A model generated the notes under the pieces. That model was not told where the DNA came from. It did not search any database and saw only the letters and a list, made by a program, of their open reading frames with translations. Below, piece by piece: positions 38,347 to 49,718 of a stretch of 64,000 nucleotides of DNA. Positions within the stretch are counted from its first letter, which is position 1. Every line of letters begins with the position of its first letter. The stretch spans positions 2,688,001 through 2,752,000 of the forward strand of contig OY760175.1 in assembly GCA_963663165.1 (NCBI GenBank). Reading direction: 5' to 3'. The translations under genes were made by a program, and so were the position numbers. This stretch comes from an uncultured Desulfospira sp. (GTDB lineage: Bacteria; Desulfobacterota; Desulfobacteria; Desulfobacterales; Desulfobacteraceae).

Positions 38347-38700
38347 TTATCCTCTCAATAAATATTCATCCACAGCCGCCCAAAAATCTTCAAGCAATTG
38401 TCCGGCGGTTTCAAAAGAGTACGGTGCCACTTTATCCAAGTCGTGTTTATGGTCCCATGTGACTATGCGCCCGGTAAAGCCCTTTTTCCTGACCGGTTTC
38501 ACGGCATGGGCATTGTCAAATCCAATCACCCGGGTATTATATCTGTCATGCAAGGACAGGGAGTACCTTATTCCGTGTGGCGCATGTTGGTCCGGGTGAA
38601 TTGGCTTTGCGTTGAATTTTACCCAGTACCCGTTATCCATTGGAAAAATTTCACCGTCCAGATCCAGCAGGGTATCAAGTGAACCATATTTGCCATTCAT
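38347..38700 (-). CDS. DUF6516 (TumE-like) putative toxin
   Basis: PHGIRYSL.LHD…R..GFDNAH, DH.H, L.EDFW. Confidence 0.7.
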   Translation of the reverse strand: MNGKYGSLDTLLDLDGEIFPMDNGYWVKFNAKPIHPDQHAPHGIRYSLSLHDRYNTRVIGFDNAHAVKPVRKKGFTGRIVTWDHKHDLDKVAPYSFETAGQLLEDFWAAVDEYLLRG

Positions 38701-38751
38701 GTTATCATCCGATGATAATTTGTCAAGGTTTGTCCGCCTGTTTTGGAAAAT

Positions 38752-39642
38752 TTAAAATCCAATTTTTCGTTTCGGGTTTTTATCATCGGCCAGGAGTTTA
38801 TCCAGGACAGAGAACACCACTTCGAACCGTTCGTCTGTTTGCTGTTTCAATTCTTCCACGGCCTTGCGCAGTTCCTCATGCTCGGCAATCATGTGGCGCA
38901 TTTTGGTAAAGGTCCTCATAATCTGTATGTTTGCTCGTATGGCCCGGTCACTGTTCAATATTCCGGACAGCATAGCAACACCTTGTTGAGAGTGATCACG
39001 ATATTTGATGGAAAGAGGCTTTATTTTTTGCAAGCTATCTTATGGAAATTTTTCACTCCCTTTGTCGTTCCTCATTTTTCACTATACTTTAGGGCCGATC
39101 GGTCCTCCTTCCGTTAACTTGAAAGAATCAACGATAAATGAGGGATAGATTTTTTGAATTAGATTTAATTACAGGTAGATATAAAATTCTTAGAGCGTAC
39201 CACCCCTCCCTTGGGTATCGTAAAAATTTGCTGGTTTGAGACATTTTTATCAACTTTCCCATCTACCCATGGGGGGTGGTGTGTCAAGCTATTGTTTCTT
39301 CTCCTCAGTTCCACCAAATAGCATGAAAACGTGTCCATCAAATATCGTGATTGCTCTCACTTGTTCAGTGAAGGCATATGGCATTTTTCTGATGCCGCCC
39401 CAACTTGATGTCACAATTTGTGACTTCAAGTTTTCAAACTCCGACCGGGTCAACTGAAACATAAAATCGTTCGGAAAACGCTTCATGTGCCTTTTGACGG
39501 CTTGGTTTAATACTCTGGTTTCAACGCCATAAAGATAGGCCAGGTCCCTATCCAGCATCACTTTTACACCCCTGATAAAGTAAATTCTACGTTCAATTTG
39601 ATCAACTATCGCAACACTGTTTTCATTCATTTTTGTTCCCAT
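38752..39642 (-). pseudogene. ORF6N-domain protein interrupted by a MITE
   Basis: IRGVKVMLDRDLA.LYGVET..LNQAVKR…RFP.DFMFQL. PYAFTEQ|GVAMLSGILNS rejoins when the insert is removed; ends RKIGF. Confidence 0.88.
38987..39359. mobile_element. 373-bp non-autonomous MITE
   Basis: 26-bp IRs TGAGAG(TG/CA)ATCACGATATTTGATGGA; 5-bp TSD CTTGT (38982-38986, 39360-39364). Confidence 0.9.
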
Positions 39643-39726
39643 ATCTATTTTGAGGTGACAATTTGGCACCTCAAGTTTATTTAGCCCATCTCATGGTTTT
39701 GGAGGTTACAATTTGTGATCTCCAAT

Positions 39727-40890
39727 TTATTTATCCCCATGAAGGTTTACAACCTTTGAATCATCTTGTTTCTGCAGATATCCAGCTACTGCTTTACTGG
39801 CATCTTCAGATCCTTTTTTTAAAACCGTATCATTCAAGTGGGCATATCGCTGTAAAAGCTGTGGCGTTTTATGGGTGGTCAATTTTTGAAGGGTATACAA
39901 ATCAATTTTGCCGGAATTGACAGCCATTGTGGCAAAGGTATGTCTTAGGGAGTGTATCGGCCTTGTTTCCTTTGGAAGATTTGCAGCGACTTTGATTTTA
40001 TTCACCGGCTTGCTGATGCTTGACAGTTGCCCCCCATTTCGCCCAGGGAAAACATAATCACTGTCTGTCCGATAGGCCTTTTCTAAAACTGATCGGGCCA
40101 TATCATTCAAAGGAATAATTTGATCTTTCCCTCCTTTTGGTCCCAGGATAGAGATAAAACCTTTTTCAAAGTCAATATCAGACCATTTCAATTTAAATAG
40201 CTCTCCACGCCTCATCCCAGTGTAAAGCGCCATCAACATAATATTTCCAGCTAAGGGGTGGTCGTCTTGCTGGATCGCATCATACAAACGGGTTAATTCT
40301 TCCGGGCTCAAGGAATCATCTTTGATATTGTCAACTTTCGGCATTTTAACTTTAAACTGCAAATTTTTGCTAAGGCCAAGTTCAAAACCGTAGTTTGCAA
40401 TTCGTTTTAAAAGAGCCAAAACATGCTTCACTGTCTGAGGGGAATATTTTTTTAACAGCTCTCTTTTATGTCGTTCAACATCAAGGGCAATAATTTCATC
40501 CGGCTCTTTATTGCCGAACGGTTCTTTTATGTGCTGCTCGTATCGATTGTTATCTTTCGTGTAATTCAGATTTTTTTTTCTTTGGAGGGAATATTCTTTC
40601 CATAATCTGTCTATGGTGTATTTGCCTGCTTCGGCCTCTTTTTTTGCCTGTTCTTCGTCACGCTTCTCCTGATTGGTCTGTTGCTCACCGTCTATTCTCT
40701 GCCCCCGGAGAGCGGAAGCCCTGGCAGGGGTCATATCATCCTGATATTGACGGCCTGCTTTTTCTTCTACCATCTTGCCGCCTTTGCGGTATCGGATGTA
40801 ATAGATTTTTTCCGGTTTACCCTGGGCGGATATTCCCTCAAGAAAGAAAACTCCGGCATACTTTGTTTTAAATCTTTTCTTCGCCGCCAT
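39727..40890 (-). CDS. int: Tyrosine integrase of the ppaC-integrated element
   Basis: TGMRRGEL, HSLRHTFA, TH…RYAH; arm-binding-like N-terminus; beside attR. Confidence 0.93.
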   Translation of the reverse strand: MAAKKRFKTKYAGVFFLEGISAQGKPEKIYYIRYRKGGKMVEEKAGRQYQDDMTPARASALRGQRIDGEQQTNQEKRDEEQAKKEAEAGKYTIDRLWKEYSLQRKKNLNYTKDNNRYEQHIKEPFGNKEPDEIIALDVERHKRELLKKYSPQTVKHVLALLKRIANYGFELGLSKNLQFKVKMPKVDNIKDDSLSPEELTRLYDAIQQDDHPLAGNIMLMALYTGMRRGELFKLKWSDIDFEKGFISILGPKGGKDQIIPLNDMARSVLEKAYRTDSDYVFPGRNGGQLSSISKPVNKIKVAANLPKETRPIHSLRHTFATMAVNSGKIDLYTLQKLTTHKTPQLLQRYAHLNDTVLKKGSEDASKAVAGYLQKQDDSKVVNLHGDK

Positions 40891-41110
40891 CGTTTATTCC
40901 CCACTTTTTAAAACAATTATTTGGTTGTGATTCTTTTATATCAATGCTTTTAGTCGCTTAGTCTTCCCCACACTATTCCCCACATCTATGGTAAATATAC
41001 AGGTATCTGTGAGTAAGTCAAGGTAATAGATACAACATCGAACAGATTGAAATTAAAAGGTTTTGGTATGATTTTGGGAAATACGGTAAATACAGGGAAA
41101 TAGGCGATTT

Positions 41111-41190
41111 CGGCATCATGAGCCGTAAAAAACAGATCATCCCGTTTCTTGAAAAAGTATTTGGATAGACTGTAAATAAAGGGCTTTTGG
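41111..41190. repeat. attR: displaced copy of the ppaC 3' end
   Basis: 80-bp repeat of 22717-22796. Confidence 0.95.
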
Positions 41191-41486
41191 GCCTTACTCC
41201 CGGCCCGTTATCCCAGCAAAAAATTAAATTAACCAGAATCAGCCCACGGCTGTTTTTGTACCAATGCCATCCGACGCATTCGCACAAAGAGAATTCAGGC
41301 CTTTTTCTCTGCTGAACCACCCTGTCCACAAAAAGGATACCCGCCGGGTTGATAATTCAGGGCCTTCCCCCCACTTTGCTGAAGTTTTCTGACCGACAAA
41401 GGTGACGGATGCCAATTCATGCATTATGGTTTGAAAAAGAGGCGGCACTGAAAAAAGTCAGCCGCACACAACAAAAGGGGGAACCC

Positions 41487-42986
41487 ATGAAACAAACCAC
41501 TGCCAGATCAATGCTTAAAGCCGGATTTGAAAACAGCTTTGCCGATCTTCCCCAGGACTTTTATGAGCCGTGTACCCCTGAACCCGTACCGGGCGCGGTA
41601 CTGCAAAAATTCAATGAAGATCTGGCCCGGAAACTGGGCTTTGACTTTACCCGGGAAACGCCGGAACTGACGGATTACCTGTCAGGCAACCGTCTTTTTG
41701 CCGATGCCGATCCCATTGCCATGGCCTATGCCGGACACCAGTTCGGCGGGTTCGTCCCGCAGCTCGGGGATGGCCGGGCCATCCTTCTCGGTGAAAAAGT
41801 CACCCCAGACGGCCACCGGTATGATGTTCAGCTCAAGGGCTCGGGCCGGACCCGGTTTTCCCGGGGCGGCGACGGCAAGTCCCCGTTAGGGCCTGTGATC
41901 CGGGAATATCTTGTCAGCGAGGCCATGCATGCCTTGGGGGTTCCCACCACCCGGGCCCTTTCTATTGTTTCAACAGCAGAAACCATCCTGCGCCCGGACG
42001 GGGCCCATCCCGGCGGCATTCTGACCCGCATCGCACCGGGCCTGGTCCGGGTGGGCAGTTTTGAATACTTTGCCGCCCGGGGCGATGACAAGGCTGTCCG
42101 AAGACTTGCCGACTACGTGATCGCCCGCCATTATCCGGACATAGCGGGAAAAAAAGACCGGTACAGGCACCTGTTTGAATCTATTGCCTTACGACAGGCC
42201 GGGCTGGTGGCCCAATGGATGCATCTGGGGTTTATCCACGGGGTGATGAACACTGACAACACCGCCATTTCCGGAGAAACCATCGACTACGGGCCCTGCG
42301 CCTTTATGGATGATTATGACCCCAACCGGGTTTTCAGTTCCATCGACCTTGGCGGCAGATACCGGTATGCCAACCAGGGCGCCGTCATGAAGTGGAATTT
42401 GAACAGTCTGGGGGCCAGTTTGCGCCCGCTTCTCGGGAAAACCAGCGCACAGGCAACAGCTGTCATTGATGGTGTTCTTTCCGCCTTTGAGCAGGCTTTT
42501 CTTCAAAACTGGCGCAACGGCATGCTCAAAAAAATCGGCATAGAATCCCCGACGGATGAGGACACGGTCCTTCTGGGGGAGCTGCTTGATCTCATGTTAA
42601 ACCAAAAGGCCGATTTTACCCTGACCTTTCGCTATTTGTCCGATCACACCAGAGACGGTGCGGCCATGACACCGGAATTTAAAGGTCTTTTCAAAAAATC
42701 AGAGGCACCTGAAAACTTTCTTGTCAAATGGCGAAAACGGATCAGCAAAGATAATCCCCCTGAAACAATTAAGGAAAGGATGGACCGGATCAACCCCCTT
42801 TTTATCCCAAGAAATCACCAGATTCAAAAGGCCATTGAGGATGCTGAAACCAACGATGATTTCACCCGGGTACACCAGCTGGCTCAAGTTCTCAAGCACC
42901 CTTTCACGGAACAGCCGGATTTGATGGCGTACGCCAATGCACCCGCCACCGAAGAACGGGTGACCCGGACCTTTTGCGGGACGTGA
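41487..42986 (+). CDS. selO: Protein adenylyltransferase SelO/YdiU
   Basis: YAGHQFG..PQLGDGR, QLKGSG.T.FSRGGDG, GFIHGVMNTDN, TFCGT. Confidence 0.93.
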   Translation: MKQTTARSMLKAGFENSFADLPQDFYEPCTPEPVPGAVLQKFNEDLARKLGFDFTRETPELTDYLSGNRLFADADPIAMAYAGHQFGGFVPQLGDGRAILLGEKVTPDGHRYDVQLKGSGRTRFSRGGDGKSPLGPVIREYLVSEAMHALGVPTTRALSIVSTAETILRPDGAHPGGILTRIAPGLVRVGSFEYFAARGDDKAVRRLADYVIARHYPDIAGKKDRYRHLFESIALRQAGLVAQWMHLGFIHGVMNTDNTAISGETIDYGPCAFMDDYDPNRVFSSIDLGGRYRYANQGAVMKWNLNSLGASLRPLLGKTSAQATAVIDGVLSAFEQAFLQNWRNGMLKKIGIESPTDEDTVLLGELLDLMLNQKADFTLTFRYLSDHTRDGAAMTPEFKGLFKKSEAPENFLVKWRKRISKDNPPETIKERMDRINPLFIPRNHQIQKAIEDAETNDDFTRVHQLAQVLKHPFTEQPDLMAYANAPATEERVTRTFCGT

Positions 42987-43033
42987 GGCACTATCTGCCT
43001 GCCTTCAAATGCCAAACTTACGGGTCATGCCTC

Positions 43034-44236
43034 CTAATTGCCTGACGGGTCTTTATCCCCGTGAAAAATCCTGAGCAGTTTCCGGACAGCGGTGACGGCG
43101 GGCATGCTGCCTTCGGAGACCTCCGTTTCAATATCCGGCAGTCTGGCGGTGACTTCAGGGTGTTTGAAAAACAGGCTGGTTAAGTGTTCATTGATCATGT
43201 CATGGACCCATTTGACGGTCTGCTTTTTTCTGAACGACTGAAAAACCCCGGATTCCCGGGTGATCCTTTCAAAGGTCTTTATGGTTTCCCAGATCTTATC
43301 GATGCCGGCGCCGGTAAGGGAAGAACAGGTATAGGCATGGGTGGTCCAGCCCCGGGTGGCGGGCTGAAGATAGTGAAGCGCCCGCTCATATTCGGTTCTG
43401 GCCCGCTCGGCCGGCAATTTGTTGTCACCGTCGGCCTTGTTGATGACCAGGGCATTGGCAATTTCCATGATCCCTTTTTTAATGCCCTGGAGTTCGTCGC
43501 CGGCACCGGAGAGCATGAGCAAAAGGAAAAAATCCACCATAGAGCGGACCGTGACTTCGCTTTGACCCACCCCCACGGTTTCAATGAGGATAACATCAAA
43601 TCCAGCGGCTTCACAAACCAGCATGGTTTCCCGGGTTTTGCGGGCCACCCCGCCCAGAGAGCCCCCCGACGGAGACGGCCGGATAAAACAGTTGGGGTCC
43701 TGGCTTAATTTTTCCATCCGGGTCTTGTCCCCTAAGATACTGCCTCCGGATATACTGGAACTTGGGTCCACGGCCAGGACGGCCACCCGGTGGCCCTTGC
43801 CGGTCAGATAACAGCCAAGGGCCTCGATAAAAGTGCTTTTCCCAACCCCGGGAACCCCGGTGATCCCGATACGGATGGCCTGTCCCGTATGGGGAAGCAG
43901 CCGCCTGATCAGGTCCTGGGCCTTGTCCGCATGGCGGGGGGCATTGCTTTCCACCAAGGTGATGGCCCGGGCCAGGACCATGCGGTTCCCCTCAAGGACC
44001 TGGCCGGCCATTTCTTCAGCAGACAAAGCCTGCCGCCTGAACCTGGCCGGGGGACGGTTTTTCACAGAAGACAATTTTAAAGAACCGGCGGCCTGGGGTG
44101 CCGCACCGTCGTGCCGTGCGGCCACCCCGTCCTGAACCCGGCAGGCAAAGCCCTTGCCGCCCCCTTCAGGGGCCCACTCGGGAAGCTTTTCTAACGGATC
44201 ACAATGAACCTTATCCCGGTCCTTTCCGGAACTCAT
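43034..44236 (-). CDS. meaB: Methylmalonyl-CoA mutase-associated GTPase
   Basis: [30 protein letters not shown]. Confidence 0.95.
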   Translation of the reverse strand: MSSGKDRDKVHCDPLEKLPEWAPEGGGKGFACRVQDGVAARHDGAAPQAAGSLKLSSVKNRPPARFRRQALSAEEMAGQVLEGNRMVLARAITLVESNAPRHADKAQDLIRRLLPHTGQAIRIGITGVPGVGKSTFIEALGCYLTGKGHRVAVLAVDPSSSISGGSILGDKTRMEKLSQDPNCFIRPSPSGGSLGGVARKTRETMLVCEAAGFDVILIETVGVGQSEVTVRSMVDFFLLLMLSGAGDELQGIKKGIMEIANALVINKADGDNKLPAERARTEYERALHYLQPATRGWTTHAYTCSSLTGAGIDKIWETIKTFERITRESGVFQSFRKKQTVKWVHDMINEHLTSLFFKHPEVTARLPDIETEVSEGSMPAVTAVRKLLRIFHGDKDPSGN

Positions 44237-46416
44237 GCCACTTCCTCAAGCCTGAGTTTAAGTTCCTCCAATACCTTCTGAGCGGCTACGGGGATCACGG
44301 TGCCGGGCCCAAAAATACAGGCGGCCCCGTTTTCCTTTAAAAACTCATAATCCGGAGCCGGGATCACCCCGCCGATGATGCACATGATATCCGGCCGGCC
44401 TAATGCTTCAAGCTCTTTGGCCAGGGCCGGCAGCAGGGTCTTGTGGCCGCCGGCAAGGGAGCTGAACCCCACGATATGGACATCGTTTTCAACGGCCTGG
44501 CGGGCCGCTTCGGCCGGGGTCTGGAACATGGGTCCGATATCCACGTCAAAGCCCATATCGGCAAAGGCGGTGGAAATCACCTTGGCCCCCCGGTCATGGC
44601 CGTCCTGGCCGAGCTTTGCCACCAGGATCCGGGGCCTGCGCCCTTCAAATTCTTCGAACTCTTTGGTCATTTTCACCACCCGTTCAAATTCTTTGGCCTC
44701 GCTGAATTCGGCCTTATACACACCGGAAATGGCCCGGGTCACGGCCTTGTGGCGGTCCCAGACCTGTTCAAGAGCACTGGAAATCTCGCCTAAGGATGCC
44801 CTGGCCCTGGCCGCTTCAATGGACAGGGCTAAAAGGTTGCCCTGGCCGGTCTGGGCACACTGGGTCAAGGCATTGAGGGCGGCCCGGCATTTGGTTTCGT
44901 CCCGCTGTTCCTTTAAGATTCTGAGCCGTTCCAGCTGGGCCTTTCTGACGGCGGTATTGTCCACTTCCAGGGTGTCCAAGGCCTCTTCTTTTTCAAGACA
45001 GAAGGTATTCACCCCGATGATTTTTTCCCGGCCTGTGTCGATATTGGCCTGGCGCCGGGCAGCCGCCTCTTCGATGCGCATCTTGGGCAGCCCGGTTTCA
45101 ATGGCCTTGGCCATGCCCCCGAGTTCCTCGATTTCCTGGATATGGTCCCAGGCCCGGTGCATGATGGCATGGGTTAAGGCCTCCACGTAGTAGGAACCGC
45201 CCCAGGGATCTGCCGGCCTCAGGATGTTGGTTTCATCCTGGAGGTAGAGCTGGGTGTTTCTGGCAATCCGGGCGCTGAAGTCCGTGGGCAGGGCAATGGC
45301 CTCGTCCAGGGAGTTGGTGTGCATGGACTGGGTATGGCCCAGGGCCGCGGCCATGGCCTCAATACAGGTCCGGGCCACATTGTTGTAGGGATCGCCCTCG
45401 GTGAGGCTCCATCCCGAGGTCTGGCTGTGGGTCCTCAAGGCCAATGATTTTTCATTTTTCGGGTTGTACTGGTTGATGATCTTGGCCCAGATCATCCGGG
45501 CGGCCCGCATCTTGGCCACTTCCATGAAAAAATTCATGCCCTGGCCCCAGAAAAAGGAAATTCTCGGGGCAAAGGCGTCAATGTCCATGCCGGCATTGAT
45601 GCCGCACCGGATATATTCCATGCCGTCGGCCAGGGTATAGGCCATTTCAATGTCTGACGAGGCCCCGGCCTCTTCCATGTGGTAGCCGGATATGGAGATG
45701 GAGTTGAACTTGGGCATGTTGGCCGAGGTATGGGCAAAGATATCGGAGATAATCTTCATGGACGGTTCCGGCGGATAAATATAGGTATTCCGGACCATGT
45801 ATTCCTTGAGAATATCGTTCTGGATGGTGCCGATGAGCTTTTCCTGGGGAACGCCCTGCTCCTCGGCCGCCACAATATAAAAGGCCATGATGGGCAGCAC
45901 CGCCCCGTTCATGGTCATGGAAACGCTCATCTGGTCTAAGGGGATGCCGTCAAACAGAATATTCATATCCAGAATGGAGTCCACGGCCACCCCGGCCTTG
46001 CCCACGTCGCCCACCACCCGTTCATGGTCGGAATCGTATCCCCTGTGGGTGGCCAGGTCAAAGGCGATAGACAGCCCCTTCTGGCCTGCGGCCAGGTTCC
46101 GGCGGTAAAAGGCGTTGCTCTCTTCGGCCGTGGAAAAGCCGGCATACTGCCGGACGGTCCAGGGCCGCTGGACAAACATGGTGGCATAGGGCCCCCGAAG
46201 ATAGGGGGCAATCCCGGCAACATAATCCAAATGATCCAGGTTCTCATAATCCGCCCGGGTGTAAAGGGGTTTGAGATCAATCTGTTCGTTGGTGGTCCAG
46301 GCCAGTTCTTCCGGGCTTAAACCGGTTTCCTTTTTTACCTTTGCCGCCCACTGCCCGTAGGAAACGGACGGGGCGCCGGCATTGAAGTCAATGTTTGTGA
46401 AATCAGGGGTTTTCAT
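44233..46416 (-). CDS. mutB: Methylmalonyl-CoA mutase large subunit
   Basis: [29 protein letters not shown]12 motif. Confidence 0.95.
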   Translation of the reverse strand: MKTPDFTNIDFNAGAPSVSYGQWAAKVKKETGLSPEELAWTTNEQIDLKPLYTRADYENLDHLDYVAGIAPYLRGPYATMFVQRPWTVRQYAGFSTAEESNAFYRRNLAAGQKGLSIAFDLATHRGYDSDHERVVGDVGKAGVAVDSILDMNILFDGIPLDQMSVSMTMNGAVLPIMAFYIVAAEEQGVPQEKLIGTIQNDILKEYMVRNTYIYPPEPSMKIISDIFAHTSANMPKFNSISISGYHMEEAGASSDIEMAYTLADGMEYIRCGINAGMDIDAFAPRISFFWGQGMNFFMEVAKMRAARMIWAKIINQYNPKNEKSLALRTHSQTSGWSLTEGDPYNNVARTCIEAMAAALGHTQSMHTNSLDEAIALPTDFSARIARNTQLYLQDETNILRPADPWGGSYYVEALTHAIMHRAWDHIQEIEELGGMAKAIETGLPKMRIEEAAARRQANIDTGREKIIGVNTFCLEKEEALDTLEVDNTAVRKAQLERLRILKEQRDETKCRAALNALTQCAQTGQGNLLALSIEAARARASLGEISSALEQVWDRHKAVTRAISGVYKAEFSEAKEFERVVKMTKEFEEFEGRRPRILVAKLGQDGHDRGAKVISTAFADMGFDVDIGPMFQTPAEAARQAVENDVHIVGFSSLAGGHKTLLPALAKELEALGRPDIMCIIGGVIPAPDYEFLKENGAACIFGPGTVIPVAAQKVLEELKLRLEEVA

Positions 46417-48533
46417 GCGTCACCTCCCGGCATCAGGTGTGCCGAAATTTTGGTCAGAATCCCAAGGGCATCGGCCTTGATGTGAATAAATTCATCCACG
46501 CCGGCTGCCTTAAAATCCGCCACATAGGTTGTGGCATATCCGGCCACTATGGTCAGGATACCCGGGTCGGCTGCCTTGATCTGTTTGAGCATACCGGGCA
46601 CAGCCGCCATGTAATCGTCATCCGTACCGCAGATCACAACGGCTTTTAAGCCCGAATCCAGTGCGGCCTTGACCGCATCCTCCGGATTCTCAAACCCGGG
46701 GGTAAACCGGGTTTCAATGGCGGCCACGTTAAAAAAGGCCGTGGAGAAATCCGACCGGGGTTTGTGCCGGGAAAGGGGGCCCAAATTGGCCATGAAAATC
46801 TCAAGGGGTTTGCCGGTGTTTTCTTTAAAGGACTCCACGGTTTGCCGCAGGGTTTCAAAAGGCCTGGACCGGCGCAGGGGTGACAGCTTCGGCACTTGAA
46901 TTTCCAAACCTTTTGGTCCCAGGGCCTTTGAAAGGTCTTCCAGGGTGGCCCCGGCCTTTGCCGCAATCACAGCGGCCTGCATTTTTTCTTTTCCCCGGGC
47001 CGCCTTAACCGTTTCTAAAGCGGCGTCCAGGCCATCCCGGTTCTGGCTGCCCCTGTCCTGGGAAAGCCGGTCTTTACAGGCCGAATAAAATTCATCCCCT
47101 AAAGGCTCTCTTTGCCTTAACGGGGTTTCCGTTAAGTTGGGGTACATGTTCACCCCCACGATCCGGTCTTTACGGGTAGCCGTGGCCGCCACCCTTTCCC
47201 CTGCCGTTTCGCTGATCCGGCCTTGGACAAATCCGTCCTTCAGGGCCTGTTCCATTCCGCCCATGGCCTCCACTTCCTGGAACAGCTGCCAGGCCTTTTT
47301 GGCCAGTTCCAGGGTGATGTTTTCCACATACCAGGAGCCCCCGGCCGGGTCCGCCACCTTATCAAAGTGGGCTTCTTCCTTGAACAGGGTATGGACATTC
47401 CGGGCAATGCGGCGTGAAAATTCATCGGGTGTCCGGACCGTCTCGTCAAAGGCACCGGTATGAATGCTGTCGCAGCCGCCGGCCACCCCGGAAAAGGTCT
47501 CGGTACAGACCCTAAGCATATTGACCCAGGGGTCGATGACCGTCTTGTTGAACAGTCCGGTGCGTGCGTGGATGACCATGCGGGAGTCTTTGGCCCCGAA
47601 GGCGTCGGCAACCTGATGCCAGACCATGCGGGCGGCCCTGAATTTGGCGATTTCCATAAAAAAATCAGGCCCGATGCCAAAACAAAACTGAATGGCCGGG
47701 CAGATCTGGTCAATATCCAGCCCGCGCTGCTGCATCTGCCGGATATAGGCGACGGCCGTGGCAACGGCAAAGCCCACTTCCTGAACCCCGTGGGCCCCGG
47801 CATGGGCCATGGTTTCGGCACTTACCATAATGGTTTTCATGGCCGGCATCTGGTCTGCCGCCCACAGGGTAAAGCCTGCCATGGCATCATAGGCTGCCGG
47901 CAGGTCTGCGGCAAGGGTTCCCTCCCTGGATAAAACCCCCAAAGGATCCAGCCCCAGGCTGCCTGACAGGGTTTTGACCGCTGCCGGGTCAAGGCCTGCG
48001 GCCAAGAGGGCTGCAGCAGCCGGGGCGTTCATGCCGGCATCGGCCATGAGTGGTGTTTTGGCCATGTCCACACCATTTAAAATTCTGGCCCAGTCCTGGG
48101 CCGTGGCAAGGCTTACCCCGTCTTTTCCCACATCTTCTTTAGGGGCGGTATCCGGATTGAGCCCTTCACAGCCGGCCCGGTCCAGTTTAATGTTCAGGGT
48201 ATCCTGGCCCCGGGCCAGGTCTTTTTTCAAACTTGCATTTAAGGTGTCGGGGTCCGGCTCAATAATTTCCTGGGCGGTCTGCCAGGCCGTGGCCCGGTTT
48301 CCCTGGGCCCGGTTCCCCCTGACATAGGGAGCAAATCCGGGAAAGGTGTCCACATGGGGCAGGCCCTCCAGATCATGCTTAAAATACATGGGCAAAATTG
48401 GAATCCCCTCGTAGGTCTTCTTTACCAGCACCTTATCAAAGGGCTTGCCTTTGAGCTGCTTGTCCACAGCGGCCAGCCATTCTTCATGGGGCGTGGCCGG
48501 GAAAGCATCTAAAATGTTCAGGTCTTCCCTCAT
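46413..48533 (-). CDS. mutA: Methylmalonyl-CoA mutase small subunit
   Basis: [29 protein letters not shown]; no DxHxxG motif. Confidence 0.88.
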   Translation of the reverse strand: MREDLNILDAFPATPHEEWLAAVDKQLKGKPFDKVLVKKTYEGIPILPMYFKHDLEGLPHVDTFPGFAPYVRGNRAQGNRATAWQTAQEIIEPDPDTLNASLKKDLARGQDTLNIKLDRAGCEGLNPDTAPKEDVGKDGVSLATAQDWARILNGVDMAKTPLMADAGMNAPAAAALLAAGLDPAAVKTLSGSLGLDPLGVLSREGTLAADLPAAYDAMAGFTLWAADQMPAMKTIMVSAETMAHAGAHGVQEVGFAVATAVAYIRQMQQRGLDIDQICPAIQFCFGIGPDFFMEIAKFRAARMVWHQVADAFGAKDSRMVIHARTGLFNKTVIDPWVNMLRVCTETFSGVAGGCDSIHTGAFDETVRTPDEFSRRIARNVHTLFKEEAHFDKVADPAGGSWYVENITLELAKKAWQLFQEVEAMGGMEQALKDGFVQGRISETAGERVAATATRKDRIVGVNMYPNLTETPLRQREPLGDEFYSACKDRLSQDRGSQNRDGLDAALETVKAARGKEKMQAAVIAAKAGATLEDLSKALGPKGLEIQVPKLSPLRRSRPFETLRQTVESFKENTGKPLEIFMANLGPLSRHKPRSDFSTAFFNVAAIETRFTPGFENPEDAVKAALDSGLKAVVICGTDDDYMAAVPGMLKQIKAADPGILTIVAGYATTYVADFKAAGVDEFIHIKADALGILTKISAHLMPGGDA

Positions 48534-48613
48534 TTAACACTCCTTATATATAGGGGTTTAGGCTGAAGGGGGTTAGGCCGAAGGGCTTTCTTTTCATCCT
48601 TCATCCTTTCTGC

Positions 48614-49240
48614 TTATTCCTTTCCTGGTACGGTAATGGCCCGCCACACCATATCAAACAACAGGCCGCTTTGATCGGCCAGGCTTTCCTTTTCTCCCCG
48701 CTGGACCCACATAAAAAACGAGCGCTGAACCAGGCCGAGCATAAAATCCATAAGGATACCGGCCGGGACTTTGGGATTGAGGACCCCCTGGCGCTGTCCC
48801 TTTTCCAGAACATCCAGGTAAAGGGAAATCATCTTTTTTTGTTCAAAGGTTTCATCGGCCATCCAGGTGGCCATGGGAAGGGTCATGAAAAGCATGCGGC
48901 CAAGATAAGGATGTCGCTCGTAATAGTCCAGCTGAACCCAGAGGACCTTGCGCATCTTTTCTTTCAGATCCTCAATGCCTTTGAGGTGGTCCACAATCCG
49001 GTCGGTAAGCCGGCCCAGCCAGATATCCACATAGGTGAACACCAGCTGCTCCTTGGACCCGAAATGTTTGTAAATGGTGGTAAAACTGACCCCGGCCACA
49101 CTGGCGACGTCCCGGATATTGGCCTTGTGAAAATCAGCATGGGAAAAGATTTCCATCACGGCCTTTTCCAGGCGGCTGCTGACCTCGGGCCGCAGATCGG
49201 GTAACACTGTTTTATTTTTGTTCTTTAACTGGGTTTCCAA
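48614..49240 (-). CDS. TetR/AcrR family regulator (start uncertain)
   Basis: IRDVASVAGVSFTTIYKHFGSKE HTH. Confidence 0.88.
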   Translation of the reverse strand: METQLKNKNKTVLPDLRPEVSSRLEKAVMEIFSHADFHKANIRDVASVAGVSFTTIYKHFGSKEQLVFTYVDIWLGRLTDRIVDHLKGIEDLKEKMRKVLWVQLDYYERHPYLGRMLFMTLPMATWMADETFEQKKMISLYLDVLEKGQRQGVLNPKVPAGILMDFMLGLVQRSFFMWVQRGEKESLADQSGLLFDMVWRAITVPGKE

Positions 49241-49635
49241 GCCGCCATTCCATGGGTTAAAAGTTAACAAAAAAAACAATTTCACCGGCTTTGAAAAGCT
49301 AAACTGGCCGTTTCGGGTTAGTCAGGCCAGTGGGTTCCGGCAAAAAGTAACAATGTTACCCTTTTGGGTAGGTATCATCCTGAACTCCCTGTGTCAAGGG
49401 AAAACCTTTAAGGGCCAGGGTGATCGCATGTAACTTGCCTGCAGGTGATAACCATTTTGATGATAAGGATAATAATGCAAAAAAAAGGAAACCGGAAGGA
49501 AGGGAGACGGGAGACCGAAACCGTCAAGTTCCCTGGTTTGAGCGGTAGGGTTGGAGCGGGCCATGCCCGCTCCAACCTATCATCTGCCGAAAAAATGATG
49601 ATGGATACCGGATGTTGCGGTGGTGTTGGGCGCCC

Positions 49636-49718
49636 GTAGGGGCGATTCATGAATCGCCCTTACATGAATCGCCCCTACATGAATAACCATTAGGTGGGCA
49701 ATTCATGAATTGCCCTAC
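49636..49718. repeat. Cluster of GTAG-type REP palindromes
   Basis: GTAGGGGCGATTCATGAATCGCCCTTAC, CATGAATCGCCCCTAC, GGGCAATTCATGAATTGCCCTAC. Confidence 0.8.

Larger units (their letters stand above)
22717..41190. mobile_element. Integrated phage-satellite/PICI-like element in the ppaC 3' end
   Basis: att repeats 18,394 bp apart, integrase beside attR, AlpA, Rep, primase-helicase, TerS-like HTH; no capsid or tail genes recognised. Confidence 0.85.

Noticed and set aside
22717..41190. Complete prophage or ICE
   Set aside because: No capsid, portal, large terminase, tail, lysis, relaxase or T4SS genes recognised.
42975..43040. selO ends C-G-T-TGA, which looks like CxxU
   Set aside because: TFCGT is a normal bacterial SelO C-terminus and its Cys is the Sec-equivalent position. 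No SECIS-like hairpin is seen at a suitable distance.
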